Source: an uncultured Candidatus Saccharibacteria bacterium (GTDB taxonomy: Bacteria; Patescibacteriota; Dojkabacteria; B142; JAFGMG01). From it: 64,000 nucleotides of DNA. The stretch's first letter is position 1; every line of letters begins with the position of its first letter. The DNA lies in the NCBI GenBank assembly GCA_964444125.1, contig CAYUFB010000001.1, forward strand, positions 26,053 to 90,052. The letters run 5' to 3'. The notes under the pieces were generated by a model. It was not told the origin of the DNA. It searched no databases and worked only from the letters and a program-made list of their open reading frames with translations. The position numbers and the translations under genes are program-made. Shown piece after piece: positions 48,212-59,820 of the stretch.

Positions 48212-48300
48212 TGCCAATTATACCAAAAAAGATATTAGTTTTTACTTATATGCTATTAATTTTGCAACAAATATGAAATTTGTAGTATGCTGTAGGCATT

Positions 48301-48663
48301 ATGATCAAAGACGCAGAATATGTTGGCAAAAAAAATGAAAGTGTGTTGGATATCCCTCAGAAGTTTTTTAAATCTATGATCTTTTTGTCTCTACGTATAG
48401 TTTTTTCACCTCTTGCGGTATTACTTTTGGCATACTTGTATTACGAAGATACTAGGAAGGCATTTTTGCTAGCTTTATTGTTTTATACCGTACTGACAAT
48501 TTTTTCGATATTCCAATCACTAATGCAGATATTTATGTCTGTAGTGACATTTAATTTGTTCAAATTTGTTAGAAAAAGTTTGAAAGTTATTATTATGTTT
48601 GTTGCGTTATTCCTTTATTGGCTTGGATATACGTTGATGTGGGATGGCAATTTTCGACTTTGA
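48301..48663 (+). CDS. small membrane protein, hypothetical
   Basis: 120 aa with 3 TM helices. Confidence 0.45.
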   Translation: MIKDAEYVGKKNESVLDIPQKFFKSMIFLSLRIVFSPLAVLLLAYLYYEDTRKAFLLALLFYTVLTIFSIFQSLMQIFMSVVTFNLFKFVRKSLKVIIMFVALFLYWLGYTLMWDGNFRL

Positions 48664-48725
48664 TCTTTTAAAGAAATAAATTTTGTAGTAATATAAATTA
48701 TAATTTATTTTTTTACTTACATCTT

Positions 48726-49109
48726 ATGGCAGACAGCGTTCCAAAAAAAATTTTGCTTGTTGAGGATGAAGTAGATGCTAGAGAGATCTATATTGATATA
48801 CTTCAAAGTGAAGGATTATCGGTTGATGGTGTTGGCGATGGGACAGAAGCTTTAGAAGCTCTTTCTCAGGTCAAATACAACCTTGTCCTTTTAGACATCA
48901 TTATGCCCAAAATGGATGGTGTTGAGACGCTTGATCGTATCAAGAAAAGTCCAGAAAAATATGGAACTCCAAAGGTTGTTATGTTGTCGAATATTGGCGG
49001 GGACATCGCAATTGATAAGGCAATGGAATTAGGTGCTGATGGGTATATGTTGAAGTCAGAAACAGAGCCCGATGATTTTGTCTCAATAGTCAAAAAGTAC
49101 TTGGAATAA
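48726..49109 (+). CDS. single-domain response regulator (CheY-like receiver)
   Basis: 127 aa with acidic pocket DE and phospho-acceptor Asp (LVLLDIIMPKMDG), then T and K. No histidine kinase is nearby. Confidence 0.8.
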   Translation: MADSVPKKILLVEDEVDAREIYIDILQSEGLSVDGVGDGTEALEALSQVKYNLVLLDIIMPKMDGVETLDRIKKSPEKYGTPKVVMLSNIGGDIAIDKAMELGADGYMLKSETEPDDFVSIVKKYLE

Positions 49110-49125
49110 TTCTTTATAGCAATTT

Positions 49126-49512
49126 TTATTCTTGATTACTACTTTCTATAAGTAGGCACTTGTTGTTAATGACTACAGTGTCTTTTCCTTCATGAAGATC
49201 AAGGACTTGCTTGTCAAAGCTTCCCGGCTGATACCAAAATATCTTATATCCCATATTTAGTGCTTTATTGGTTATTTTTTTGCTTACTTCGGGTGGTACA
49301 ACAAAATTAAGAACATCAACTTTGGAAGGTAATTGATCGATAGTTTCAAACGCAAAGTCACCAAGAATTAATTCTTCTCTTGGGTTGATCGGAAATACTT
49401 TGTATCCTAATGATTTCATCTGTTTGTATATTTTGTATCCATATTTTTCTTCGCTGTTTGATGCGCCTATTATGGCATAAGATGTCTTTTTATCTAGCAA
49501 ATTATCCACCAT
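49126..49512 (-). CDS. CoA-binding domain protein
   Basis: 128 aa (SYAIIGASNSEEKYGYKIYKQMKSLGYKVFPINP). Confidence 0.65.
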   Translation of the reverse strand: MVDNLLDKKTSYAIIGASNSEEKYGYKIYKQMKSLGYKVFPINPREELILGDFAFETIDQLPSKVDVLNFVVPPEVSKKITNKALNMGYKIFWYQPGSFDKQVLDLHEGKDTVVINNKCLLIESSNQE

Positions 49513-49514
49513 TA

Positions 49515-50258
49515 TTAATATGTAACATTTAATTTGTATCTAGTTTTTAAAACTGATGCGACTTTCTCCAAATCTTTTCTATTTGCTTCTCTGGTTTTTC
49601 CTTCAAGTTTGTACTGTCCAAATAATTCAATCCATTTATATTTACCATACTCTTTGTAAGCTAATAATTCAACCAGGATGTTTGATTTAAGTTTTGATAA
49701 GAATTCTCCAAGCGCAACAATATTTTCTTTTCCATCAGTAATACCAGGAATGACAAGGAATCTAATTCGAAATTGTTGACTGCTATTTGTTAATAATTCA
49801 TCAAGAATAATTATATTTTCAAGTATTTTTTTGTTGCCAGGTCCCGTGAGATTTTTGTGAATAATATCGTCCATGTGTTTGATTGATACCATCCAGAGAT
49901 CGATGTATGGTAATAGTGTCTCAATAAATTTCGATGATGTGATCAAGCACGTATCAATTGCAATATTTACCCTTTCTTTTTTTATAATTTTTACAAATTC
50001 TAAAAGAAATTCTTCTTGAAATGTTGGTTCTCCACCACTAATTGTGATACCTCCAGTTTCTCCCCAGTAGGCCTTATTGGATAATACTTTTTTAGCAAGG
50101 TCTTTTGGAGAAAATTTCGTACCTTTTTGTTTAATTGTACAGTCGATATTATGACAAAATTGGCATTTGAGTGGACAACCCTGCATGAATATTACCGTTC
50201 GAAGTCCTGGCCCATCTAATGCTCCAAGCGTCTCTATTGAGTGTATGTATCCTTCCAT
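49515..50258 (-). CDS. pflA: pyruvate formate-lyase activating enzyme (radical SAM)
   Basis: 247 aa with the CxxxCxxC cluster (GCPLKCQFCHN) and a glycine-rich SAM motif. Confidence 0.85.
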   Translation of the reverse strand: MEGYIHSIETLGALDGPGLRTVIFMQGCPLKCQFCHNIDCTIKQKGTKFSPKDLAKKVLSNKAYWGETGGITISGGEPTFQEEFLLEFVKIIKKERVNIAIDTCLITSSKFIETLLPYIDLWMVSIKHMDDIIHKNLTGPGNKKILENIIILDELLTNSSQQFRIRFLVIPGITDGKENIVALGEFLSKLKSNILVELLAYKEYGKYKWIELFGQYKLEGKTREANRKDLEKVASVLKTRYKLNVTY

Positions 50259-50266
50259 CTTGCCTA

Positions 50267-52516
<2,250 letters not shown>

Positions 52517-52683
52517 TTATTATTTATTAATATGACCTGGTATTTTAACAAAAAGACATTCCTTTCTCAAAAAGGAAAATTTTCAACATCTTTACAAAAA
52601 ATCCAAACTCATATATAACAGGTACTTGAAATTGATTGGCATTTGGTTTAGTTTATAATTATTACATTTTTCATTTATTTATC

Positions 52684-54807
52684 ATGTCAAATATAGATAA
52701 GTTATTTAATCCATCATCAATTGCTGTTGTTGGAGTATCAGCGGAACCGCAGAAGCTTGGATCGGTTGTCTTCTCAAATATAAAAGAATCGGGCTACACT
52801 GGCAGACTATTCCCCATAAACCCAAAGTATGATGAGCTATTTGGCAAAAAGTGTTATAAAAAAGTATCAGATATTCCTGAGAATCTAGATTTACTCGTTG
52901 TCGCAATCCCTGCACCATTTGTCAAAGACGTGATTATTGATGCAGGGAAGAAGAAAACAAAAGCTGCAATTATAATTACTGCTGGCTTTAGAGAAGTAGG
53001 AGAAGAAGGGTTGGCTTTAGAAAAAGAATTGAAGGAAGCAGCCAAAAAGGCTGGCATTAGACTTCTTGGACCAAATTGTCTAGGTATGATCAATCCTTCT
53101 GCAAAGATCAATGCATCATTTGCAGCGTCAAATCCAATTGATGGAAATATTGCATTTCTTTCTCAATCGGGAGCATTTTGCACAGCTATGCTTGATATGT
53201 CATTAGAAAAACAAGTTGGATTCTCACATTTTGTATCTCTTGGGAACAAGGCAGATATTAATGAAAATGACTTGATAGAATACTGGATAGACCAAAGTGA
53301 AGTTAAGGTTATAGGTGCATATTTAGAGGAGATAAAAAAGGGCCAAGAGTTGATTCATTTCATGCAAAAGCAAAAAACCAAAAAACCAGTCATTATCTTC
53401 AAGCCGGGTGAAACTCAGGAAGCCAAAAAGGCAATTAGTTCTCATACAGGTTCAATGGCAGGTTCGTCAGAGATTTTTAAAACGGCTATAAAGCAAAACG
53501 GATTTATCGAAGTCAATGAAGTAAATCAGATGTTTAATACTATGATGGGATTTTCCTGGTCACAGCTCCCTAAAGGCAATAGAATCGCTGTAGTTACAAA
53601 TGCAGGTGGTCCAGGTATCATCGCAACTGATGAAATAATTAAATCAGGCCTAAAGATGGCGGAGATATCAAGTAAATCTCAAGATGAAATGAAAAAGCAT
53701 CTTCCAGCCACAGCAAGTGTATCAAATCCAGTAGATGTGATCGGAGACGCTTTGGCTCAAAGATATAGTGCTCCAATAGATGTCCTAGCTGAAGATGAAA
53801 ACGTCGATGCTATATTAGTAATTTTGACTCCGCAGCTTGTTACACAAATTGAGGAAACGGCTAAGCTAATAATTAGTAGTTCGAAGGTGACAAGTAAGCC
53901 AATCTTTACTGTGTTTCTTGGAGGCAAGTATACTTCTTTCGGGCTTCAAAGATTGTATGACAATAAGATGCCTGCATTCAGCTATATCAAGGACGCTGTT
54001 GATGTTTTGTCATCGATGTATAAATATAATCAATACTTAGCTAAGGATACTAAACAAGTTGGTAGTCTGCAGATCATGAAACATGCGTACAGTGGGAAAC
54101 ATACCAAAGAGGTACAAAATTATGTAACTGATGAATCAAATGCATTGCCTGAAGAATTAGTGGTGAAACTTGCTCAGGAAGTTGGAATTGATTTGCCAAA
54201 ACAAATTCTAACTGGAGATTATAACCAAGCCGCTAGTTTTGCAGCTAATAAATATCCGGTAGTTATCAAAGCAACAACTGAGGCTATTGCGCATAAAACT
54301 GAAGAGAAGGCACTATACTTAAATATTCATGATCAAAAAACTCTAGAAAAGAACTTCAATGATCTATCAGAATCACTGAAAAAATATACAAGTGATATAA
54401 AAATTTTGGTTCAAGAACAGATAACGGCCAAGGAAGAGATGATAATTGGTGCAAACAGAGACGGCAAAAGTGATGTGTACAAAAAAGATACCCAAGGTTT
54501 TGGACATTTAATAATCTTTGGAAAAGGAGGAATATATACTGAGGTCTATAAAGATATACAAGGAGTTTTGGTTCCTGCAAGTAACGATGATATAAATGTT
54601 GCTTTTTATCAGACAAATATCTCAAAGATTATCGATGGGTTTAGGGGACTGCCTCCTTTGGCTAAATCAAAAGTACTTGAAACGATTTCTGCAATCCAAA
54701 ATCTTGTAGTTTTGTACCCTTCTATAGAGAGTATCGATCTAAATCCTGTTTTGGTTACAGAGTCAAGAGCTGTTGCAGTCGATCTTAAAATTTTTGTATC
54801 AAATTAA
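52684..54807 (+). CDS. acetyl-CoA synthetase (ADP-forming), fused alpha/beta subunits
   Basis: About 707 aa. N-terminal CoA-binding (IAVVGVSAEPQKLG), a succinyl-CoA-synthetase-like ligase domain and a C-terminal ATP-grasp. The ORF track starts at 52636. ATG 52684 (MSNIDKLF) is preferred. Confidence 0.8.
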   Translation: MSNIDKLFNPSSIAVVGVSAEPQKLGSVVFSNIKESGYTGRLFPINPKYDELFGKKCYKKVSDIPENLDLLVVAIPAPFVKDVIIDAGKKKTKAAIIITAGFREVGEEGLALEKELKEAAKKAGIRLLGPNCLGMINPSAKINASFAASNPIDGNIAFLSQSGAFCTAMLDMSLEKQVGFSHFVSLGNKADINENDLIEYWIDQSEVKVIGAYLEEIKKGQELIHFMQKQKTKKPVIIFKPGETQEAKKAISSHTGSMAGSSEIFKTAIKQNGFIEVNEVNQMFNTMMGFSWSQLPKGNRIAVVTNAGGPGIIATDEIIKSGLKMAEISSKSQDEMKKHLPATASVSNPVDVIGDALAQRYSAPIDVLAEDENVDAILVILTPQLVTQIEETAKLIISSSKVTSKPIFTVFLGGKYTSFGLQRLYDNKMPAFSYIKDAVDVLSSMYKYNQYLAKDTKQVGSLQIMKHAYSGKHTKEVQNYVTDESNALPEELVVKLAQEVGIDLPKQILTGDYNQAASFAANKYPVVIKATTEAIAHKTEEKALYLNIHDQKTLEKNFNDLSESLKKYTSDIKILVQEQITAKEEMIIGANRDGKSDVYKKDTQGFGHLIIFGKGGIYTEVYKDIQGVLVPASNDDINVAFYQTNISKIIDGFRGLPPLAKSKVLETISAIQNLVVLYPSIESIDLNPVLVTESRAVAVDLKIFVSN

Positions 54808-54828
54808 TTTATTTTTTATTATTTAATT

Positions 54829-56091
54829 ATGAAAATTAAGTCCATAAAGGCTTATGAGATTCTTGCTTCTGGTGGATATCCAACAGTTGAAGCAAGTGTA
54901 GTACTAGATAGTGGTGTAGAAGGAAGATCTTCTGTGCCATATGGAGTATCTGCCGGTACTCATGAGGCAACTGTTTTAGTTGATGAGGACAAGTCAAGAT
55001 ACCATGGCAAAGGTGTATTGAATATTATCAATACTATTGAGAATGTAATAGCACCTGCTATTATTGATATGAATCCTGAAGATCAAAGAGCCATTGATCA
55101 AAAGATGATTGAGATGGATGGAACAGAAAATAAAGCGAAATTAGGAGGTAATGCTATTTTGGCAGTATCTTTGGCAGTTGCAAAGGCAGTTGCAGAAGAA
55201 AAGAAATTACCATTTTTTCAATACATCAGACAAACATTTGGTATAACTGAAAATTTCGCACAACTTCCAAACCCAATGGTTGTAGTCATCGAGGGTGGTA
55301 AACACGCTCATGAGACAACTGATCTTCAAGAATATTGTATTTCGGGATTAACTTCAGAAGGTCCTGCAGAAAACGTAAGGAAAGTCCTTGAGACTTATCA
55401 TGTATTGAAAGGTATATTAGCAGAGCAGGGTTTATCAACTAATGTTGGTAATGAAGGGGCTTTTGCACCAAATGGTATTAAGACAAATGAAGCTCCTCTT
55501 GAATTTATCCTAAATGCGATCAAAAAAGCTGGATATGAGCCGGGCAAAGATTTAGGTATATCAATAGATGCAGCAGCTAGTGAGTTTTTTGAGGATGGTA
55601 AGTATAATTTGTCTATTGAGCAAAAATCTCTATCATCTATGGAATTGATCGAGTACTACACTCCATGGTTCGAAAAATATCCAATTGTGACAATAGAGGA
55701 TATGCTTGATGAAGATGACTGGGATAACTGGGTGAAGATGACAGAAGTGTCAGATAAATATGGTATTCCAAATATCGGAGATGATTTGACAGTTACAAAT
55801 ATTAATAGACTTCAAAAAGCAATTGATATGAAGGCTATAAGTGCGATTCTTATCAAGCTTAATCAAATCGGATCCTTGACTGAAACTGTAGACACTTGTC
55901 TTCTTGCCAATAAGCACGGACTTATGACAACTACATCTCATAGAGGTGGTGGAGAAACAAATGATACTGCCATGGTCGATGTCGCTGTCGCAGTTGGTTC
56001 AAGATTTATCAAAGTAGGACCAACAAGAGGTGAGAGAGTAAGTAAATACAATAGATTGATGGAAATCGAAAGGATTCTAAAAAATCAATAG
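54829..56091 (+). CDS. eno: enolase
   Basis: 420 aa (SRYHGKGVLNIINTIENVI..., SHRSGETEDT-like HRGGGETNDT). Confidence 0.9.
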   Translation: MKIKSIKAYEILASGGYPTVEASVVLDSGVEGRSSVPYGVSAGTHEATVLVDEDKSRYHGKGVLNIINTIENVIAPAIIDMNPEDQRAIDQKMIEMDGTENKAKLGGNAILAVSLAVAKAVAEEKKLPFFQYIRQTFGITENFAQLPNPMVVVIEGGKHAHETTDLQEYCISGLTSEGPAENVRKVLETYHVLKGILAEQGLSTNVGNEGAFAPNGIKTNEAPLEFILNAIKKAGYEPGKDLGISIDAAASEFFEDGKYNLSIEQKSLSSMELIEYYTPWFEKYPIVTIEDMLDEDDWDNWVKMTEVSDKYGIPNIGDDLTVTNINRLQKAIDMKAISAILIKLNQIGSLTETVDTCLLANKHGLMTTTSHRGGGETNDTAMVDVAVAVGSRFIKVGPTRGERVSKYNRLMEIERILKNQ

Positions 56092-56147
56092 CATCTGATA
56101 TAATCAAAGAGCTTGGGCACTATTATTTAATCCAGGCTCTTTTTTTA

Positions 56148-56690
56148 TTGATGATGTTTTCAAAAGACACACAATCAAGTAATGAGGCTTCAGTCAATTT
56201 TGAATTGTTAGTTAGATCTACGAGCGAGGTTTTTGTTCAGTTCATTGGCATGATGAATCTACTTTCAAGAGACCCAATTTACAATCAGGAAGAGGATAAT
56301 ATCTCGATAGTTGATGCTTTATTTGGGCAAATGCATCTAGATAAATATAAAGATATCGAACCAGTAAAAGAGCATTTTATACAAGCAATATCTGCTGGGA
56401 TAGCTTTAAATCCAGAAATTATTGTTACAGGAAATATCGGTAGGGTTGTAGATGCGTTAACAATATTTATGGATCATATCAATTTATTCAGACTGAACGC
56501 TGGAGAAGAATTCCGTCTACTATTTTTGAATGCACTATCTTCTCAAGTAGTATTGTCTTTGTTACCGAATGAGCCATTTGCAGAAACACGAGACGATTCT
56601 TTTATTTATAGGGTAAGGAATGATATGTATAAGTTTTTTGATGAAATATCAAATGTAAAAATGTGTGATGTTGGATATATGAACAACTAA
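56148..56690 (+). CDS. hypothetical protein
   Basis: 180 aa. No motif recognised. Confidence 0.45.
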   Translation: MMMFSKDTQSSNEASVNFELLVRSTSEVFVQFIGMMNLLSRDPIYNQEEDNISIVDALFGQMHLDKYKDIEPVKEHFIQAISAGIALNPEIIVTGNIGRVVDALTIFMDHINLFRLNAGEEFRLLFLNALSSQVVLSLLPNEPFAETRDDSFIYRVRNDMYKFFDEISNVKMCDVGYMNN

Positions 56691-56721
56691 ATGATAAACT
56701 TATAAATCTTATAAAATTTTT

Positions 56722-57666
56722 ATGCCAAAACAATATTACATAAATCAACTGGAAAAAGGTCTTGCTATTAGTGATGAGCCTTTTGGAATTGGAGCAATCA
56801 AGAAAGGTACGGATAGAAACAATAATCCATATTTAGATTTAGAATTGGTCGATAGAACTGGAATGATCAAGGCCAAAATTTGGTCAGATAATCTAGAGAG
56901 GATTCCTTCGAAGCTACTTCAAGAAGGGACAATAGTAAAAGTCTCGGGTCTTGTAGGTGAATTCAATGGCAATCTGCAGATGACGATAAATGGACTATCG
57001 AAGTACGAAGAGAAAGATCTGTCAGACTTCCTTCCTGTGACAAAAGCATCAATTGATGACATGTGGAAGAAAATGACTACGCGAGTAGAAAATATGAACG
57101 ATCAGAAATATAAAACACTACTACAGAAGCTCTTCGCATTGCATGAAGAAAAGATTCGACTTGCACCAGCGGCAAAAAATATACATCACAATTATGTTGG
57201 AGGATTACTAGAGCATGTAACAGAGATGATGGATATAGCTGAAACTGTCATGAAATTATATCCAGAAGCTGATCCTGATCTGGTGTTTACTGGCATTATT
57301 TTCCATGATATTGGCAAGATTTATGAGTTAGAAATTGAAGGTTTTGTGATTGATTATTCCAAGGTAGGCAAAATGATAGGTCATATAGCACTTGGCATAC
57401 GGATGCTTGATCAGCTAGACAAAGACATACTCGAAGAGGAGCAAAGAATGCTTCTTGAGCATATTATTCTTTCGCATCATTCGATTCTTGAATATGGCTC
57501 ACCTGTTGTCCCAAAGACAATAGAGGCAATGATAGTGGCCAAAGTTGATGATTTGTCTTCCAAGGTTAGAACCGTTCAAAAAGTACTATCTGATAATGCG
57601 GAAAATGACAAAGCCTTCTCAGCAAGAGAGTATGCGATTGGTTCTGAAGTTTATCTTGGGAAGTAA
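56722..57666 (+). CDS. OB-fold + HD-domain 3'-5' exoribonuclease (YhaM-like)
   Basis: 314 aa with an N-terminal OB fold and an HD motif (HHNYVGGLLEHV...FHDIGK). Confidence 0.7.
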   Translation: MPKQYYINQLEKGLAISDEPFGIGAIKKGTDRNNNPYLDLELVDRTGMIKAKIWSDNLERIPSKLLQEGTIVKVSGLVGEFNGNLQMTINGLSKYEEKDLSDFLPVTKASIDDMWKKMTTRVENMNDQKYKTLLQKLFALHEEKIRLAPAAKNIHHNYVGGLLEHVTEMMDIAETVMKLYPEADPDLVFTGIIFHDIGKIYELEIEGFVIDYSKVGKMIGHIALGIRMLDQLDKDILEEEQRMLLEHIILSHHSILEYGSPVVPKTIEAMIVAKVDDLSSKVRTVQKVLSDNAENDKAFSAREYAIGSEVYLGK

Positions 57667-57739
57667 TTTGCATTGATAGCTTAGAGTTTTGGATAGATTC
57701 TAATCTTGAATCAATTCTATTTTGTGCTAGAATGTTTAG

Positions 57740-58672
57740 GTGAAAAATATTATTCTTCAAGTCAAAAATTTAGAAAAGGAATACTCTGGGTTCAAGGCAG
57801 TAAACGGAGTCTCTTTTGATGTATATCAAGGAGAAATACTTGGCATACTTGGTCCAAATGGCGCTGGTAAAACTACAACATTAGAAATGATTGAAGGCTT
57901 GAGGACAATTACTGGAGGAGAGGTCAGGCTATATGACAAGAAAATCACTGCAAGAAATTTAAAAAATCACCTGCATCAGAAAATCGGTATTCAATTACAA
58001 TCCAGTTCCTATTTTGACTTATTAACTCTAAAAGAGATATTAGATCTTTTTGGTACCTTTTACGAAAAACGTCTTGATTCACTTGAACTACTGAAAATGG
58101 TCGAATTAGAATCCAAGAAGGACAGCTTGGTCAAGAACTTATCAGGTGGTCAGGCACAAAGATTTTCTATCATTGCTGCGATGGTTAATGATCCTGATTT
58201 GATATTTCTTGATGAACCAACAACAGGACTTGATCCACAGATTAGAAGATCGATTTGGGAGTTAGTTAGAAAAATCAATAAGCAGGGCAAAACTGTTATT
58301 ATGACAACTCATTATATGGAAGAGGCAGAAGAATTGTGCGATAGAATTGCTGTAATGGACCAAGGTAAAATTATTGCATTTGATAGTCCACAAGGACTAA
58401 TCGAAAACGAAAAACTCAAATTTACTATCAAGTTTGTGACAACAGATTTGATGAGTGATAAGCAAAGAGCTGAATTTGAAAAACATCCTTTGGTTGTCAA
58501 GTTTTGGGAAGAAGCACATAAATATGTCTTCAGGATTGAAGATCCAACCAAAATCAACGATATTCTAAATTGGCTTGAATCAAAGAAATTGAAATTTAAG
58601 AACTTAGAGATATTGCCTCCAAATTTGGAAGACGTATTTTTGAAACTTACTGGCAAAAATTTAAGAGAATAA
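57740..58672 (+). CDS. ABC transporter ATP-binding protein (ABC-2 exporter type)
   Basis: 310 aa with a GTG start, Walker A GPNGAGKTT, signature LSGGQAQRF and Walker B LIFLDEPT. Confidence 0.85.
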   Translation: MKNIILQVKNLEKEYSGFKAVNGVSFDVYQGEILGILGPNGAGKTTTLEMIEGLRTITGGEVRLYDKKITARNLKNHLHQKIGIQLQSSSYFDLLTLKEILDLFGTFYEKRLDSLELLKMVELESKKDSLVKNLSGGQAQRFSIIAAMVNDPDLIFLDEPTTGLDPQIRRSIWELVRKINKQGKTVIMTTHYMEEAEELCDRIAVMDQGKIIAFDSPQGLIENEKLKFTIKFVTTDLMSDKQRAEFEKHPLVVKFWEEAHKYVFRIEDPTKINDILNWLESKKLKFKNLEILPPNLEDVFLKLTGKNLRE

Positions 58673-58675
58673 ATA

Positions 58676-59812
58676 ATGAATATATTATTGATATCGACAA
58701 TCAAGCAGTTTTATAGAGACAAGGAGGCGTTGTTTTGGTCGTTGATTTTTCCTGCGATATTCATTGTCATATTTAGTTTTTTTTCTTTTGGTGATGGCAT
58801 TGATGCAAGGATTTTGATAGTTGATCGATCAAATGGACAAGCTAATCAATTAGTAGATATCATTCAAAATCAGGTGGGGGCAGGTATTCACAACTATGAC
58901 GGTGACATCCAAGAAGCAAAGGAATCACTGACGAATAGTCGGAAATTTGAGTTCGAATATTTTGATAAAGACAAAAATGAGAAATACACCAAAGAATCAA
59001 GGGTTAATTTGATAATGTCTATTTCAGAATTGGATGCAAATGGTAGATATAATATCGAACTATTCTATGATGAATCACAAGAAGGTCAGGCAAGCCCAAG
59101 CTTGATACTGATCAATGCTCTAAATACCATTGAAACACAGAAGATGCTTGCTTCTAACAATTTAGAGTTGCCATTTGATTTGACTAGAACTGGTGTCTCA
59201 GTCAATGAAATTAGATATTTTGATGTCTTAGTGCCTGGTATTATTGGTATGTCTCTTATGCAATCAGGTATTATCGGAATCGCTTCAGGAGTCACCTCTT
59301 TGAAAGAAAAAAGAGTACTTAAGAGGCTTGCGGCAACTCCACTTCCAATTTGGAGATTTTTGTTGGCAAATATTTTCACACATTTAGTTCTTTCTGTAGT
59401 ACAAGTAACTATCATGCTTGTGCTTGCTCATTATTTATTGGGTGCAAATATTTACGGAAGTATTCCACTTATCTATTTTGTTTGTTTCATTGGTAATTTT
59501 GTATTTTTGAGTATTGGCTTTATAGCAGCTGGTTTATCAAAAACGAGCAAGGCAGCTGAAGGATTATCTCAGGTATTTACTACACCAATGATGTTTCTCT
59601 CTGGTGTGTTTTTTGAGAGAGATGGACTTCCTGGTTTGGTCAAGGTCGTTTCCGACTTTCTGCCCCTATCTCCATTATTGGATGCTTTAAGGGCAATTTC
59701 TCTCCAGAATGCTGGATTGCTTGATATAAAGAATGAATTATTTGTAATATTAATTTGGACAGTCATCACAACAATTATTGCAACAAGGATATTTAAATTT
59801 AAGGAAGAATAA
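58676..59812 (+). CDS. ABC-2 type transporter permease
   Basis: 378 aa with an N-terminal TM, a large external loop and 5 C-terminal TM helices. Confidence 0.75.
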   Translation: MNILLISTIKQFYRDKEALFWSLIFPAIFIVIFSFFSFGDGIDARILIVDRSNGQANQLVDIIQNQVGAGIHNYDGDIQEAKESLTNSRKFEFEYFDKDKNEKYTKESRVNLIMSISELDANGRYNIELFYDESQEGQASPSLILINALNTIETQKMLASNNLELPFDLTRTGVSVNEIRYFDVLVPGIIGMSLMQSGIIGIASGVTSLKEKRVLKRLAATPLPIWRFLLANIFTHLVLSVVQVTIMLVLAHYLLGANIYGSIPLIYFVCFIGNFVFLSIGFIAAGLSKTSKAAEGLSQVFTTPMMFLSGVFFERDGLPGLVKVVSDFLPLSPLLDALRAISLQNAGLLDIKNELFVILIWTVITTIIATRIFKFKEE

Positions 59813-59820
59813 CTGTTCTT

